Below, one piece after another: positions 1 to 8,486 of a stretch of DNA of 16,221 nucleotides. The stretch comes from Pseudomonadota bacterium (GTDB taxonomy: Bacteria; Bdellovibrionota_G; JALEGL01; DATDPG01). Position 1 is the first letter of the stretch. Each line of letters begins with the position of its first letter. A program made the translations under genes and the position numbers. The notes beneath the pieces were generated by a model that was not told the origin of the DNA, did not search any database, and saw only the letters and a program-made list of their open reading frames with translations. Where the stretch lies: the NCBI GenBank assembly GCA_043804515.1, contig JAZDIZ010000122.1, positions 1-16,221 of the forward strand, in the 5' to 3' direction.

Positions 1-587
1 TGGGAAGCCACGATCTTGGTGGCCGGCAACGATCGAAGCAATGTGATCAATTCCCGTTCCCCGCGCGGATCCAGATCGCTCGTCGGTTCGTCGAGGGTGA
101 GAATGTCCGGATTCAAAGCCAAGACCCCGGCGAGGCACACTCTCCGTTTTTCACCCCCGCTCAAGTGATGCGGGGATCGCGCACCCGCCCGCTCCAGATC
201 CACGCGCCGCAAAGCCTCAATAACGCGGCGTCGGACTACATCAGGAGGTTCCCCAAATTGCTCTGGTCCGAAGGCCACGTCCTCCGAAACGGTGGGGCAG
301 AAGAGTTGGTCGTCGGGATTCTGGAAGAGGAGACCGACGCGCCTGCGGATCTGAGGAAGATTCCCCTCCGTAACGGGAAGGCCGAAGACGGAAACGTTGG
401 GCGGGGAAGGGAGGTGTTCAGGCAGGATTCCGTTCAAGTGCATGAGCAACGTGGATTTTCCGGAGCCGTTGGGCCCGATCAGGCCGACACATTCTCCCTG
501 GTCCATCCTGAGCGTGATGCCGGAAAGAGCCTGCGTCCCGTCTGGGTAGCGGTATGAGAGATTTTCAACTGAAATGGCCGGATTCAC
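1..587 (-). CDS. cbiO: ECF-type Co/Ni transporter ATPase (CbiO/NikO), 3' end truncated by window edge
   Basis: Not in the ORF track; translated by hand from GTG at 587, which overlaps the cbiQ stop (GTGA). [21 protein letters not shown]..., Walker [11 protein letters not shown]-loop FQNPDDQLF, signature LSGGEKRRV, Walker [12 protein letters not shown], ending KIVAS at the edge. Confidence 0.93.
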   Translation of the reverse strand, partial: MNPAISVENLSYRYPDGTQALSGITLRMDQGECVGLIGPNGSGKSTLLMHLNGILPEHLPSPPNVSVFGLPVTEGNLPQIRRRVGLLFQNPDDQLFCPTVSEDVAFGPEQFGEPPDVVRRRVIEALRRVDLERAGARSPHHLSGGEKRRVCLAGVLALNPDILTLDEPTSDLDPRGERELITLLRSLPATKIVAS

Positions 588-1195
588 TTCCACCCCCGGG
601 CGCACATTGCCGCATAGATTCTCTCCGCCCGCTCGCTGGAGCGGACGAAAAGCTGGCTGGCAACCGTCGCCGCCGATTTCCATTTCGCGGTTTTGGTCCT
701 GTGGAACGTGCGGCTCCGCCGAGCCCGCTGCATCCGTTCGGCTTCGTCGATCAGAACGAACAGGTAGCGATACATGAGGGCCAGGATCGTCACGAGGATC
801 GAAGGCATCCGGATTCTCCTAAGCGATCTCAGAATCTCGGAAAAGGGGGTCGTGTTGGAAAGAAGAATCACGGCGGCGATGCAAAGTGTGCTGCGCACGA
901 CGATCGCGAGGAAACTTCCCCAACCGTGAGAACCGAAAAGTTGCAACAGGGCGATACTGAAAACCACGGGCTCCAGAAGCAGGAGCCTTTTCAAAAGAAA
1001 CACCGGCGGGATGCGGCTCAGCGCCGCCGCAACGGCCAAGAGAACGGCGGTGGAGGCGAATGCGAAATGCCGATCCGAGGGTGTGACGACCAGCATGACC
1101 ACCAGACATAGGGCCGATCCGAGTTTCAGCGATGCCGGAAGACGATGGAGGGGACTTTCAAGGCGGCTGTATCTGTCGAGGAACGCGTGGTGCAT
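584..1195 (-). CDS. cbiQ: ECF transporter transmembrane T component (CbiQ/NikQ)
   Basis: 203 aa, hydrophobic. LDRYSRLESPLHRLPASLKL N-terminus, MYRYLFVLIDEAERMQRARRSR and RSSERAERIYAAMCARGW coupling motifs; lies between the cbiM-like and cbiO-like genes. Confidence 0.93.
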   Translation of the reverse strand: MHHAFLDRYSRLESPLHRLPASLKLGSALCLVVMLVVTPSDRHFAFASTAVLLAVAAALSRIPPVFLLKRLLLLEPVVFSIALLQLFGSHGWGSFLAIVVRSTLCIAAVILLSNTTPFSEILRSLRRIRMPSILVTILALMYRYLFVLIDEAERMQRARRSRTFHRTKTAKWKSAATVASQLFVRSSERAERIYAAMCARGWK

Positions 1196-1204
1196 GGGAT
1201 CCGA

Positions 1205-2152
1205 TCAGGTGGAAACGGACTTTCCGTCCGGTTTCCGAACGAGAGCTCTTGCCAGAAAGATTGAAAACACAAAGGCGGCGATTGTACCCAAACCCACGGC
1301 CAGAATCGTGGCCGTTACAGGGGAAGCCAGACCGGAGACGCGATAGTCCGGAATCGGTGCGGCGAGAATGGAATAGGGTGGGGCGCCTCCCGCAAAGCCG
1401 AGCCGGCTGGCCACTTTTTGGAGACCATCGGGCCAGGGGGACGCGAACGGCGAGACGAACACCGCCACCCCAAGCACCAGGACGAAAACCCAAACCGCGA
1501 TTCCACTCCAGCGGATCGATGGCCCTCCGTTTTCCAGGAGTTCGGGCCGCGAGCGAGCGAGTGATGCGATCACCAAGGAGTTGATGATGGCCTCTCCCAC
1601 GCCGATCAGCACATGAACATTCACCATGGCCGGAAATACCGCCGACCAGGGGCTCGTTCCGGAGGATGCCAATTCACCCGCACAGCACACTGCGGCCAGG
1701 ACGGTGGAGCACCATGAAGCGAACGCCACGGCGGCAAGACGGCCCGATTCCCCGGTCAGGACCCGGCGAACGCCCCGGTAGACAGCATAGCCTGCGACCG
1801 GAGCCACGACGGCCATGTTGAAAACGTTCGCTCCGAGAGCCAGAAGGCCCCCGTCCGCAAAAAGCAGGCATTGGAGCAGCAGCACGCACGTCATAACGAG
1901 AACCGCCGGTGCCGGACCCAAAAGAACGGCCGCAAGAACGCCCCCCATGAGATGTCCTGAAGTTCCGGCGGCCACGGGAAAATTGAGCATCTGCGCGGCG
2001 AATACGAACGCCGACGTCAACCCCATGAGCGGGATCTTCCGGCGGGGCATCCCCGCCCTCACCTGATGGAGTGCCGCACCCACGCCGCCTGCCGAAAGAA
2101 CAGCCGCGGCGAGAGCGGTCTGCGGGTTTAAGAATCCGTCTGGAATGTGCAT
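1205..2152 (-). CDS. cbiM: ECF Ni/Co substrate-binding component, fused NikMN/CbiM with C-terminal PDGLE-type domain
   Basis: 315 aa. N-terminal MHIPDGFL metal-binding motif, GTSGH(67)LMGG, QCLLFADGG, C-terminal FASPWPDGLQ between two extra TM helices. Confidence 0.93.
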   Translation of the reverse strand: MHIPDGFLNPQTALAAAVLSAGGVGAALHQVRAGMPRRKIPLMGLTSAFVFAAQMLNFPVAAGTSGHLMGGVLAAVLLGPAPAVLVMTCVLLLQCLLFADGGLLALGANVFNMAVVAPVAGYAVYRGVRRVLTGESGRLAAVAFASWCSTVLAAVCCAGELASSGTSPWSAVFPAMVNVHVLIGVGEAIINSLVIASLARSRPELLENGGPSIRWSGIAVWVFVLVLGVAVFVSPFASPWPDGLQKVASRLGFAGGAPPYSILAAPIPDYRVSGLASPVTATILAVGLGTIAAFVFSIFLARALVRKPDGKSVST

Positions 2153-2179
2153 TGAGTCACCGGCTGCGTAAGCGGCGGC

Positions 2180-2208
2180 AACGTAACCAGGGCAAGGGCA
2201 AACATCAA
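2180..2208 (-). promoter_or_regulatory. Putative sigma70-type promoter of the nik/cbi operon
   Basis: Minus strand reads TTGATG-N17-TACGTT, ending 27 nt before the ATG at 2152. Confidence 0.4.
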
Positions 2209-2224
2209 GAGAGTTCGCGAACGC

Positions 2225-3058
2225 CTACTCGAAAACCGTCGTTTTGAGACGCTTCAGGAACGTACGGGTCATGCGCGCGCCGGTGGACCTCCGAAAGGCG
2301 GCGAGGTTCGAAAGCCAGACTCCGAGACGTACGCCGAATCCCGAATAGATAACCCGCCGTGGGTGATACACGGCATTGAGTAAATCGTCGGCCGCAGCCG
2401 ATGCCGGCTTGGGCCGGGCCAGAAGGCGGAGCAAAGCATTCTGGCCCGGGTCGGCGAACACATCCTGCCCCAATCTGCCGAATTCGGAATCCGGGATGGA
2501 TTCGGTCAGGATGTACCCAGGCAGATACTCGGTGAGGATTACGCCGCTCTCTTCCCACTCAGCCTGAAGGGTGCGTGTGAGACCGCACAGCGCCGCTTTT
2601 GAAGCCATATACGGTGCCAGGAAAGGGACGCCGATGAAGAATCCGGGGGAACCCACGTTGATGATCTGCCCGCCCCCCTGTCGCCGCATCACCGCCACGG
2701 CCCGCTGCGCGGCCACCAGCGGCCCCAGGACATTCACTTGAAAAGCCCGCTTGAGTACCTCCGGCGAGATCGTGGAAGATCGCGCGAAGTGGACCTGTGC
2801 CGCATTGTTGATCAGCACGTCCAACCGGCCGAAATGAGAAACCGTCCGGTCCACCATGGCGCGGACCTGATCTTCCTCCGCCAGGTCCGTCGGGACGGCC
2901 AAAGCGTCGCGCATCGAGGAAGCGAGCCCGGAAAGAATATCCGTACGGCGGGCGGCCAGGGCCAATCGCGCTCCGCTCCGATCGAAAGCCAACGCCGCTG
3001 CCTTTCCGATGCCGCTTGTGGCTCCCGTGATCAGAACAACCTTGTCCAACCGCCGCAT
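2225..3058 (-). CDS. Classical short-chain dehydrogenase/reductase (SDR), 277 aa
   Basis: Start reassigned to the ATG at 3058 (MRRLDKVVLI), overlapping the upstream stop (TGATG). TGATSGIG Rossmann motif, LDVLINNAA, catalytic Ser in NVGS, YMASK (YxxxK). Confidence 0.93.
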   Translation of the reverse strand: MRRLDKVVLITGATSGIGKAAALAFDRSGARLALAARRTDILSGLASSMRDALAVPTDLAEEDQVRAMVDRTVSHFGRLDVLINNAAQVHFARSSTISPEVLKRAFQVNVLGPLVAAQRAVAVMRRQGGGQIINVGSPGFFIGVPFLAPYMASKAALCGLTRTLQAEWEESGVILTEYLPGYILTESIPDSEFGRLGQDVFADPGQNALLRLLARPKPASAAADDLLNAVYHPRRVIYSGFGVRLGVWLSNLAAFRRSTGARMTRTFLKRLKTTVFE

Positions 3059-3597
3059 CAACCCGCTCCGCTCCCGCCGCCCTCCACCGGGTGGCTGGGT
3101 CCGAACAGATTCGGCTTGAGCGAATTGCGGACCAGAACGAACAGCGGAATGAGGAACCAGGGGGCGTTCAGCGCGAGAACCATGGGCCGATTGGGCGTGG
3201 CGTGCGGGCCCCACATCTCCTCCGCCAGGATGACCGCCACCCCCGCGAGCATGATGGAAGCCCAGATGATGCCGGGAATCCGGATCCAGTTCCGCCCACG
3301 GATGTAAGCGTAAATCGCCAGGACATAGAACGGGCCGAAGAGGAGCGAGTCCCACCAGATCGTGACCCTCCACCAAACGGGCCGGGCCATCAGCACCGGA
3401 TCGAACGTCCTCCCGTACCAATGGATCAAGTCCACGAAGACCTTGGGTGGCCAGATCGGGTAAATGAAGTTGTTCGGGTCTGCGATGATGATTTGCTCGA
3501 CGTCCACGATGTACGTGATGAACGTGAGGTTGACGAAAAAGTAGGCGAGAAGAACCCAATCGATTCTTCGCTTTGACAACGGCAACTGAGGTTCCAT
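3058..3597 (-). CDS. EXPERA-domain membrane protein (emopamil-binding / TMEM97 sigma-2 receptor-like), 179 aa
   Basis: ATG at 3597 with GAGG 7 nt upstream. Four hydrophobic segments; ITYIVD, WYGRTFDPVL, PVWW, GPFYVLAIYAYIRGRNWIRIPGIIW and NAPWFLIP resemble the TMEM97/EXPERA pattern as I recall it. Confidence 0.82.
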   Translation of the reverse strand: MEPQLPLSKRRIDWVLLAYFFVNLTFITYIVDVEQIIIADPNNFIYPIWPPKVFVDLIHWYGRTFDPVLMARPVWWRVTIWWDSLLFGPFYVLAIYAYIRGRNWIRIPGIIWASIMLAGVAVILAEEMWGPHATPNRPMVLALNAPWFLIPLFVLVRNSLKPNLFGPSHPVEGGGSGAG

Positions 3598-3662
3598 CGG
3601 CAGCCTCACTTCCGCCTTATACCGCTCGCGATCCGCGCCGTCACGCAACGGGGGCCGAAGTC

Positions 3663-3698
3663 TTGCATTATATAGCCAGGTTATATAATAAGCAGGTT
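3663..3698. promoter_or_regulatory. Divergent promoter region with probable MarR operator palindrome
   Basis: ATTATATAgCCaGGtTATATAAT (3667-3689), 10 of 11 bp symmetric, AT-rich in a GC-rich background. TATAAT on + (3684-3689) and on - (3667-3672); TTGCAT at 3663-3668; CAGGTT repeated at 3677 and 3693. Confidence 0.7.
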
Positions 3699-3702
3699 GA
3701 AT

Positions 3703-4143
3703 ATGAAGGCCGAAGCGGACCTTGCGAAGCGGATTCTGGACACGCTGCCTTCCTGTATGCACAAGATCGTCGTCCGGATCCGCACGTCACAGAAGCGCGG
3801 GATGACGTTTCCGCAATTTCGGATCCTGGGAGGGATCGCACACGGCTTGAAACACGTCATGGAAATGGCGACGTTGCACGGCGTGAGCCAGCCCGCCATG
3901 TCGAAGATGGTGAACGGGTTGGTGAAGCGGGGATTTGTGGAGAGGCTTCCCCGCGGCGGGGACCGCAGGAAAATCGAGCTGGCGTTGACGCGGAAGGGCA
4001 GACGGGCATTCCTAGGGACCAGGAAAGGCGTGGAAATGCAGTTGGAGCACAGGATTTCAAACCTAACGCCCGGCGAGAAGAGCGATCTGGCGCGGGGACT
4101 GGCGCAGCTGCGGAATCTCTTTCTGGACGGGGAGCGGAAATGA
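3703..4143 (+). CDS. MarR-family transcriptional regulator
   Basis: 146 aa from ATG 3703 (alternative TTG 3697). MTFPQFRIL, winged helix VSQPAMSKMVNGLVKRGFVER, DRR wing motif, LTRKG. Confidence 0.93.
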   Translation: MKAEADLAKRILDTLPSCMHKIVVRIRTSQKRGMTFPQFRILGGIAHGLKHVMEMATLHGVSQPAMSKMVNGLVKRGFVERLPRGGDRRKIELALTRKGRRAFLGTRKGVEMQLEHRISNLTPGEKSDLARGLAQLRNLFLDGERK

Positions 4144-5420
4144 GAACCCGTCTGTGGATCAGCGAAGCGCTTGTCGGGGCCGCGTTGCTATGTCCCTGCT
4201 CCGCGGTCGCCGAGGAACTGTCATGGGAGAGTTGCGTGACCGAAGTGTCCCGGAACAACGCGGATCTTGAGGTGTCCCGCCAGAACCTTCGGGCGGCGGA
4301 GTATCAATATCGCGCCGCGTACAGCGGCTTCCTTCCGCAGGTGTCCGGAAATTACAGTTACGCGCACACCAATGCGTCCGGCATCGGAGGCGTCCAGGGA
4401 ACCGGATCAAGCTCGAATAACTATGCTTCCGCCACGCTGGACGCGACCGAAAATCTGTTCTCCGGATTCCAAGATCGCGGCAAGATCGACCAGGCCGCGG
4501 CCAATCGGGAGGTCGTCGAAGCGAGCCTGGATGCGACGCGGGCGAAAGTGACGTTTGATCTCACCTCCGCCTACGCCGGACTCTCTTACGCGCAAAACTC
4601 GGTCGAGTTGTCGAATGAGATTGTTAAAAGGCGGGACGCCAACCTCCAGCTGGTGCAGATGAATTTCGAAGGCGGGAGGGAAAACAGGGGCTCGTACCTT
4701 TTGTCCGAAGCGAACCTGAACCAATCGCGCTTTGAATCCCTTCAGGCCAGAGGCGCCGTGGACGTGGCCGGCCAGGCTCTGGCGAAGGCGCTCGGAAGAC
4801 CCGAAGGCGTCGGCCTGCGGGTTTCCGGCCAAGTCCCCATATCGGCGCCGGGGACGGCTCCCGACATCGAGCGGTTGGTCCCGCTCACTCCCGAGCACCG
4901 CCAAGCGGTCGCCCAGGAACGCGTCAACAAGGCCCTCGTCACTCAAGCGCGATCGCAGTTTTACCCGAGCCTTACCGCGAACGGTTCCTGGGGAAAGCAA
5001 GGGAACGAATTCTTCCCGGAAGACAGCCGATGGAACGTGGGTTTCACGTTTTCGATCCCGATTTTCAACGGAGGGAGGGATTACTTCGGGTCGAAGGCCG
5101 CGGTCGCAAACCTGGCCTCGGCTCTTTCGAACGAACAAAGCGTGAACCGCCAGTCGCGACTGAATCTGCGACAAACATGGACGGCTTACGTTGAAGCCGT
5201 TGAAAAACTGAAAGTGGACGAGGGGTTTGTTCAGGCCGCCACGGTCCGGGCCGACATCGCCCGCAGGAAGTACAACAACGGCCTGCTTTCATTCGAGGAT
5301 TGGGACATCATCGAAAACGATCTCATCGCGAGGGAAAAGACCGTTCTGCAAAGCCGGCGAGGCCGAACCATCGCCGAGGCCGCTTGGAACCAGGCACAGG
5401 GTAAGGGGGTAATTCCATGA
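4140..5420 (+). CDS. TolC-family outer-membrane efflux protein, 426 aa
   Basis: Start reassigned to the ATG at 4140 (ATGA overlap with the marR stop). Signal peptide ending AVA|EE; two OEP repeats (YSGFLPQVSG...ENLFSG and SQFYPSLTA...IPIFNGG); YNNGLLSFED. Confidence 0.92.
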   Translation: MRTRLWISEALVGAALLCPCSAVAEELSWESCVTEVSRNNADLEVSRQNLRAAEYQYRAAYSGFLPQVSGNYSYAHTNASGIGGVQGTGSSSNNYASATLDATENLFSGFQDRGKIDQAAANREVVEASLDATRAKVTFDLTSAYAGLSYAQNSVELSNEIVKRRDANLQLVQMNFEGGRENRGSYLLSEANLNQSRFESLQARGAVDVAGQALAKALGRPEGVGLRVSGQVPISAPGTAPDIERLVPLTPEHRQAVAQERVNKALVTQARSQFYPSLTANGSWGKQGNEFFPEDSRWNVGFTFSIPIFNGGRDYFGSKAAVANLASALSNEQSVNRQSRLNLRQTWTAYVEAVEKLKVDEGFVQAATVRADIARRKYNNGLLSFEDWDIIENDLIAREKTVLQSRRGRTIAEAAWNQAQGKGVIP

Positions 5421-6382
5421 AAAAGAAAGCGATCCTTTGGGGAACCGTGATTGTTCTGCTCTTGGCCGGAGCCGGGGCGTTCGCTTTCAGAAAAAAGCCC
5501 TCGGATGGGCTGAGTTACCAAGAGATCAAAGTCGCCCGGGGCGACCTGCAGTCCAAAATTTTGAGCACCGGCGTCGTGCAACCCGAAAACCGCCTGGAGA
5601 TCAAAGCGGCGATTCCGGGACGGGCGGAGCGGATTTTTGTGGAGGAAGGAAACGTTGTAAAGAAAGGCCAGAGGCTCGCTCTGATGAGCTCTACGGAACG
5701 GGCGGCGCTTCTGGACGTGGCCCGCGCCAAAGGATCCGAAGAACTGAAACGGTGGGAGCAGTATTACCAGGCCGCTCCCATTCTGGCGCCGATCAACGGA
5801 ACGATCATTCTCAGGAGCGTGGAACCGGGGCAGACGGTTACCAGCAGCGACACGCTGTTGGTCATGTCCGACCGACTCACGGTGAAAGCCCAGGTCGACG
5901 AGACGGACGTCGCGCAGATCGTTCTGAAGCAACGGGCCCAAATCATTTTGGACGCCTATCCCGACAACGCCGTCCCGGCGCGCGTGGACCAGATCGCTTA
6001 TGACGCCACGACGGTCAACAACGTGACCGTGTACATCGTGGACGCGCTGCCGGACGCGACCCCCCGTTTCATGCGGAGCGGGATGACCGCGAACGTCACG
6101 TTCTTTGTGGATTCCAAGAAGAATGTTTTGCGCGTGCCGAGCGGCGCGTTGGTGCCGAAAGACGGACGCTCGTATGTGCTCGTCGGCCCCGTTCGTGAAG
6201 GCGCACAGCCGGTCGAGAAGGAAGTGAATCTCGGCCTGAACGACGGGAAATTCGCCGAAGTGGTATCCGGTCTTGTGGAAGGGGATACGGTTTTGGTGCC
6301 CCAGATGAAGGCCGCAGGATCGGAGTCCTCGACGGGTTCGAGGAACCCGCTGAACCCGTTCATGGGAAGGCGCCCTCGGTAA
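5417..6382 (+). CDS. macA: MacA-like periplasmic adaptor (membrane fusion protein)
   Basis: 321 aa. N-terminal TM anchor, STGVVQPEN, lipoyl halves VEEGNVVKKGQRL and ILAPINGTI, VDETDV, MRSGMTANV, GLVEGDTV; ATGA overlap with the tolC stop. Confidence 0.88.
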   Translation: MKKKAILWGTVIVLLLAGAGAFAFRKKPSDGLSYQEIKVARGDLQSKILSTGVVQPENRLEIKAAIPGRAERIFVEEGNVVKKGQRLALMSSTERAALLDVARAKGSEELKRWEQYYQAAPILAPINGTIILRSVEPGQTVTSSDTLLVMSDRLTVKAQVDETDVAQIVLKQRAQIILDAYPDNAVPARVDQIAYDATTVNNVTVYIVDALPDATPRFMRSGMTANVTFFVDSKKNVLRVPSGALVPKDGRSYVLVGPVREGAQPVEKEVNLGLNDGKFAEVVSGLVEGDTVLVPQMKAAGSESSTGSRNPLNPFMGRRPR

Positions 6383-6398
6383 GGTGCGCGGATCGGAC

Positions 6399-8354
6399 GT
6401 GATCGAGCTTAAAAACGTGGAGAAGACGTACCGGGTTGGTGGGACGGAAGTCCACGCCTTGAGAGGAGTTTCGCTCACGGTTGAACCCGGGGACTTCGTG
6501 GGGATCATGGGGCCCTCCGGCTCCGGAAAATCCACGTTGATGCACGTTCTAGGCCTTCTCGACACGCCCGACGCCGGATCCTACCGGCTCGAAGGGAGGG
6601 AAGTCTCCGAATTGACCGACGACGAATTGGCAGTGCTGAGACGGGAAGCGGTTGGCTTTGTGTTCCAGCAGTTCAACCTGCTTCCTCGGATGACCGCCTT
6701 GGAGAACGTGACGTTGCCGCTCCTTTATTCCAGACGCCGCGTGGACACCGAAAAAGGAAGGACTCTTTTGAAACACATCGGCCTCGAGTCCAGGATCCTT
6801 CACCGGCCGAACGAACTGTCCGGGGGCCAGCAGCAGCGCGTGGCGATCGCCCGCTCCATGGTCAACGGACCCCAGGTGATCCTGGCGGACGAGCCCACGG
6901 GAAACCTGGATTCCGCGAGCAAAGAAGAGATCATGGATACGCTGGAATCCCTCAACGACCAGGGGATTACGGTGATCATCGTGACGCACGAAGAGGAGAT
7001 CAGCCGCAGGGTTCACCGGCTCATCCGGATCCGGGACGGCTTGATCCAATCGGACGAGCGGCAGAAACCGCTTGCGGCGAAACGAAAGGAAATCCCCGCG
7101 GATCCGTCGGAACGGGCGAGAAGCTGGTTTCACATCGCCGAAATCGTCGAACATTTCCGTCAGGGGCTGAAGGCGCTGGCGATGAACAAGGTCCGCACGG
7201 CGCTCTCGATGCTGGGGATTCTGATCGGCGTCGGGGCCGTGGTGGCGATGCTGGCTTTGGGGCAGGGGGCCCGGAAGGCGATCGAAGCGCAGCTTTCGTC
7301 TCTGGGATCGAATCTGTTGATTCTCCATCCCGGGGCGATGCACATGGGCGGGGTGGCGCTTCAGGCGGGGGCGGTCACCAGGCTCACGATGGAAGACGTG
7401 ACCGGCATCAAGTCGCAGATTCCCTCCATCAAGGAGACGTCACCCTCGGTGATGAGCCGGGGGCAGCTGACCTATCAAGACCGGAACTGGAACAGCCAGA
7501 TTCAGGGGGTCGGCCCGTCGTACGCACGAATGCACGCGGCCGCTCCGACCCTCGGCCGGTTTTTTTCCGCGGAGGAAAACCTCCGGCGGAACCGCGTAGC
7601 GGTCGTCGGCATGACGGTCGTGCGGGAACTGTTCGGGGGAAAGAACCCGATCGGGGAGATGTTCAAGATCAATCGCGTCATATTCCAGGTAATCGGGGTT
7701 CTGCCCGAGAAAGGCGCAACCGGATTTCGGGACCAGGACGACATCGTCGTCATCCCCGTTCTGACCGCGATGCACCGCCTCATGGGAAAAGACTACGTCG
7801 ACGTGATCGAAATCGAGGTGAGTCAAGCCTCCGAGATCCCGGCAGCCCAGGAAGCGACCAAAAACCTCATGTTCAGCCGGCACAAGGTCCCGCTCTCGCA
7901 GCAACAGGACGCGTTTCAGATCCGCAACATGGCCGATATTCAGGAAGCCCTCTCCTCCAGCAGCCGGATCATGTCGGTGCTTCTGGCATCGATCGCCGCG
8001 ATCTCGCTTCTGGTCGGCGGGATCGGAATCATGAACATCATGCTGGTTTCGGTCACGGAGCGGACGCGGGAGATCGGCCTGAGAAAAGCGGTTGGGGCGA
8101 TGAAATCGGATATCTTGAGCCAGTTCCTGGTGGAGTCGGTCGTGGTGAGTGCCGTCGGCGGCCTGACGGGAATCGCATTGGGGTGGTTGGCGACGGTCAT
8201 CATGACGAAGGCCACGGGCTGGGCCACGTCCATCACGCCGATCTCGGTGTTCGGCTCATTCTTTTTCTCGGCGACCGTGGGAATCGTGTTCGGGCTCTAT
8301 CCGGCCCGAAAGGCGTCGCTCCTCAATCCAATTGATGCATTAAGGTACGAGTAG
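6399..8354 (+). CDS. macB: MacB-type fused ABC ATPase/permease
   Basis: GTG 6399 (alternative GTG 6384). Walker [45 protein letters not shown]; permease motifs [59 protein letters not shown]. Confidence 0.95.
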   Translation: MIELKNVEKTYRVGGTEVHALRGVSLTVEPGDFVGIMGPSGSGKSTLMHVLGLLDTPDAGSYRLEGREVSELTDDELAVLRREAVGFVFQQFNLLPRMTALENVTLPLLYSRRRVDTEKGRTLLKHIGLESRILHRPNELSGGQQQRVAIARSMVNGPQVILADEPTGNLDSASKEEIMDTLESLNDQGITVIIVTHEEEISRRVHRLIRIRDGLIQSDERQKPLAAKRKEIPADPSERARSWFHIAEIVEHFRQGLKALAMNKVRTALSMLGILIGVGAVVAMLALGQGARKAIEAQLSSLGSNLLILHPGAMHMGGVALQAGAVTRLTMEDVTGIKSQIPSIKETSPSVMSRGQLTYQDRNWNSQIQGVGPSYARMHAAAPTLGRFFSAEENLRRNRVAVVGMTVVRELFGGKNPIGEMFKINRVIFQVIGVLPEKGATGFRDQDDIVVIPVLTAMHRLMGKDYVDVIEIEVSQASEIPAAQEATKNLMFSRHKVPLSQQQDAFQIRNMADIQEALSSSSRIMSVLLASIAAISLLVGGIGIMNIMLVSVTERTREIGLRKAVGAMKSDILSQFLVESVVVSAVGGLTGIALGWLATVIMTKATGWATSITPISVFGSFFFSATVGIVFGLYPARKASLLNPIDALRYE

Positions 8355-8360
8355 ACGTAC

Positions 8361-8486
8361 CCGGAATCCGATATCCGGAGCCGGTTCAGGAAAGAATCAG
8401 ATTAGGATTAAGGATTAACGCTTAAGGATTGATCCTTAAACGTTTTGCCGGGACCGGGACTGATGCCTGATTGCCTGATGCCGGGT
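8361..8486. repeat. Degenerate 6-8 nt (mostly heptamer) tandem repeats filling a convergent intergenic region
   Basis: CCGGAAT CCGATAT CCGGAG CCGGTTC; AGGATTA AGGATTA ACGCTTA AGGATTG; TGATGCC TGATTGCC TGATGCC. Confidence 0.55.
8417..8446. terminator. Inverted repeat between convergent genes, possible terminator
   Basis: AACG-c-TTAAGGAT-tg-ATCCTTAA-a-CGTT, 12 of 13 bp paired, with only a short T run after it on +. The AT-rich stem is atypical for an intrinsic terminator. Confidence 0.4.

Noticed and set aside
447..468. 22-nt exact inverted match to 6518-6539 (CGGCTCCGGAAAATCCACGTTG)
   Set aside because: Both copies encode the Walker A residues GSGKSTL of ABC ATPases on opposite strands; protein conservation plus codon bias explains it, and no recombinase is nearby.
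2225..3559. 444-aa ORF suggesting an SDR with a long His-rich N-terminal extension
   Set aside because: The extension is an alternative frame of the EXPERA gene; the SDR fold starts at the ATG at 3058.
3573..4139. N-terminal extension of the 615-aa TolC ORF
   Set aside because: It overlaps marR in another frame; the signal peptide starts at the ATG at 4140.
5231..6565. Long antisense or alternative-frame ORFs (also 4407-5174, 6549-7343, 10002-10793, 13076-13792, 14876-15817 and others)
   Set aside because: Shadow ORFs expected at high GC; they overlap well-supported genes and show no recognisable motifs.
8361..8486. Possible CRISPR array or IS end
   Set aside because: Units are 6-8 nt with no repeat-spacer structure, and there is no cas or transposase gene in the window.
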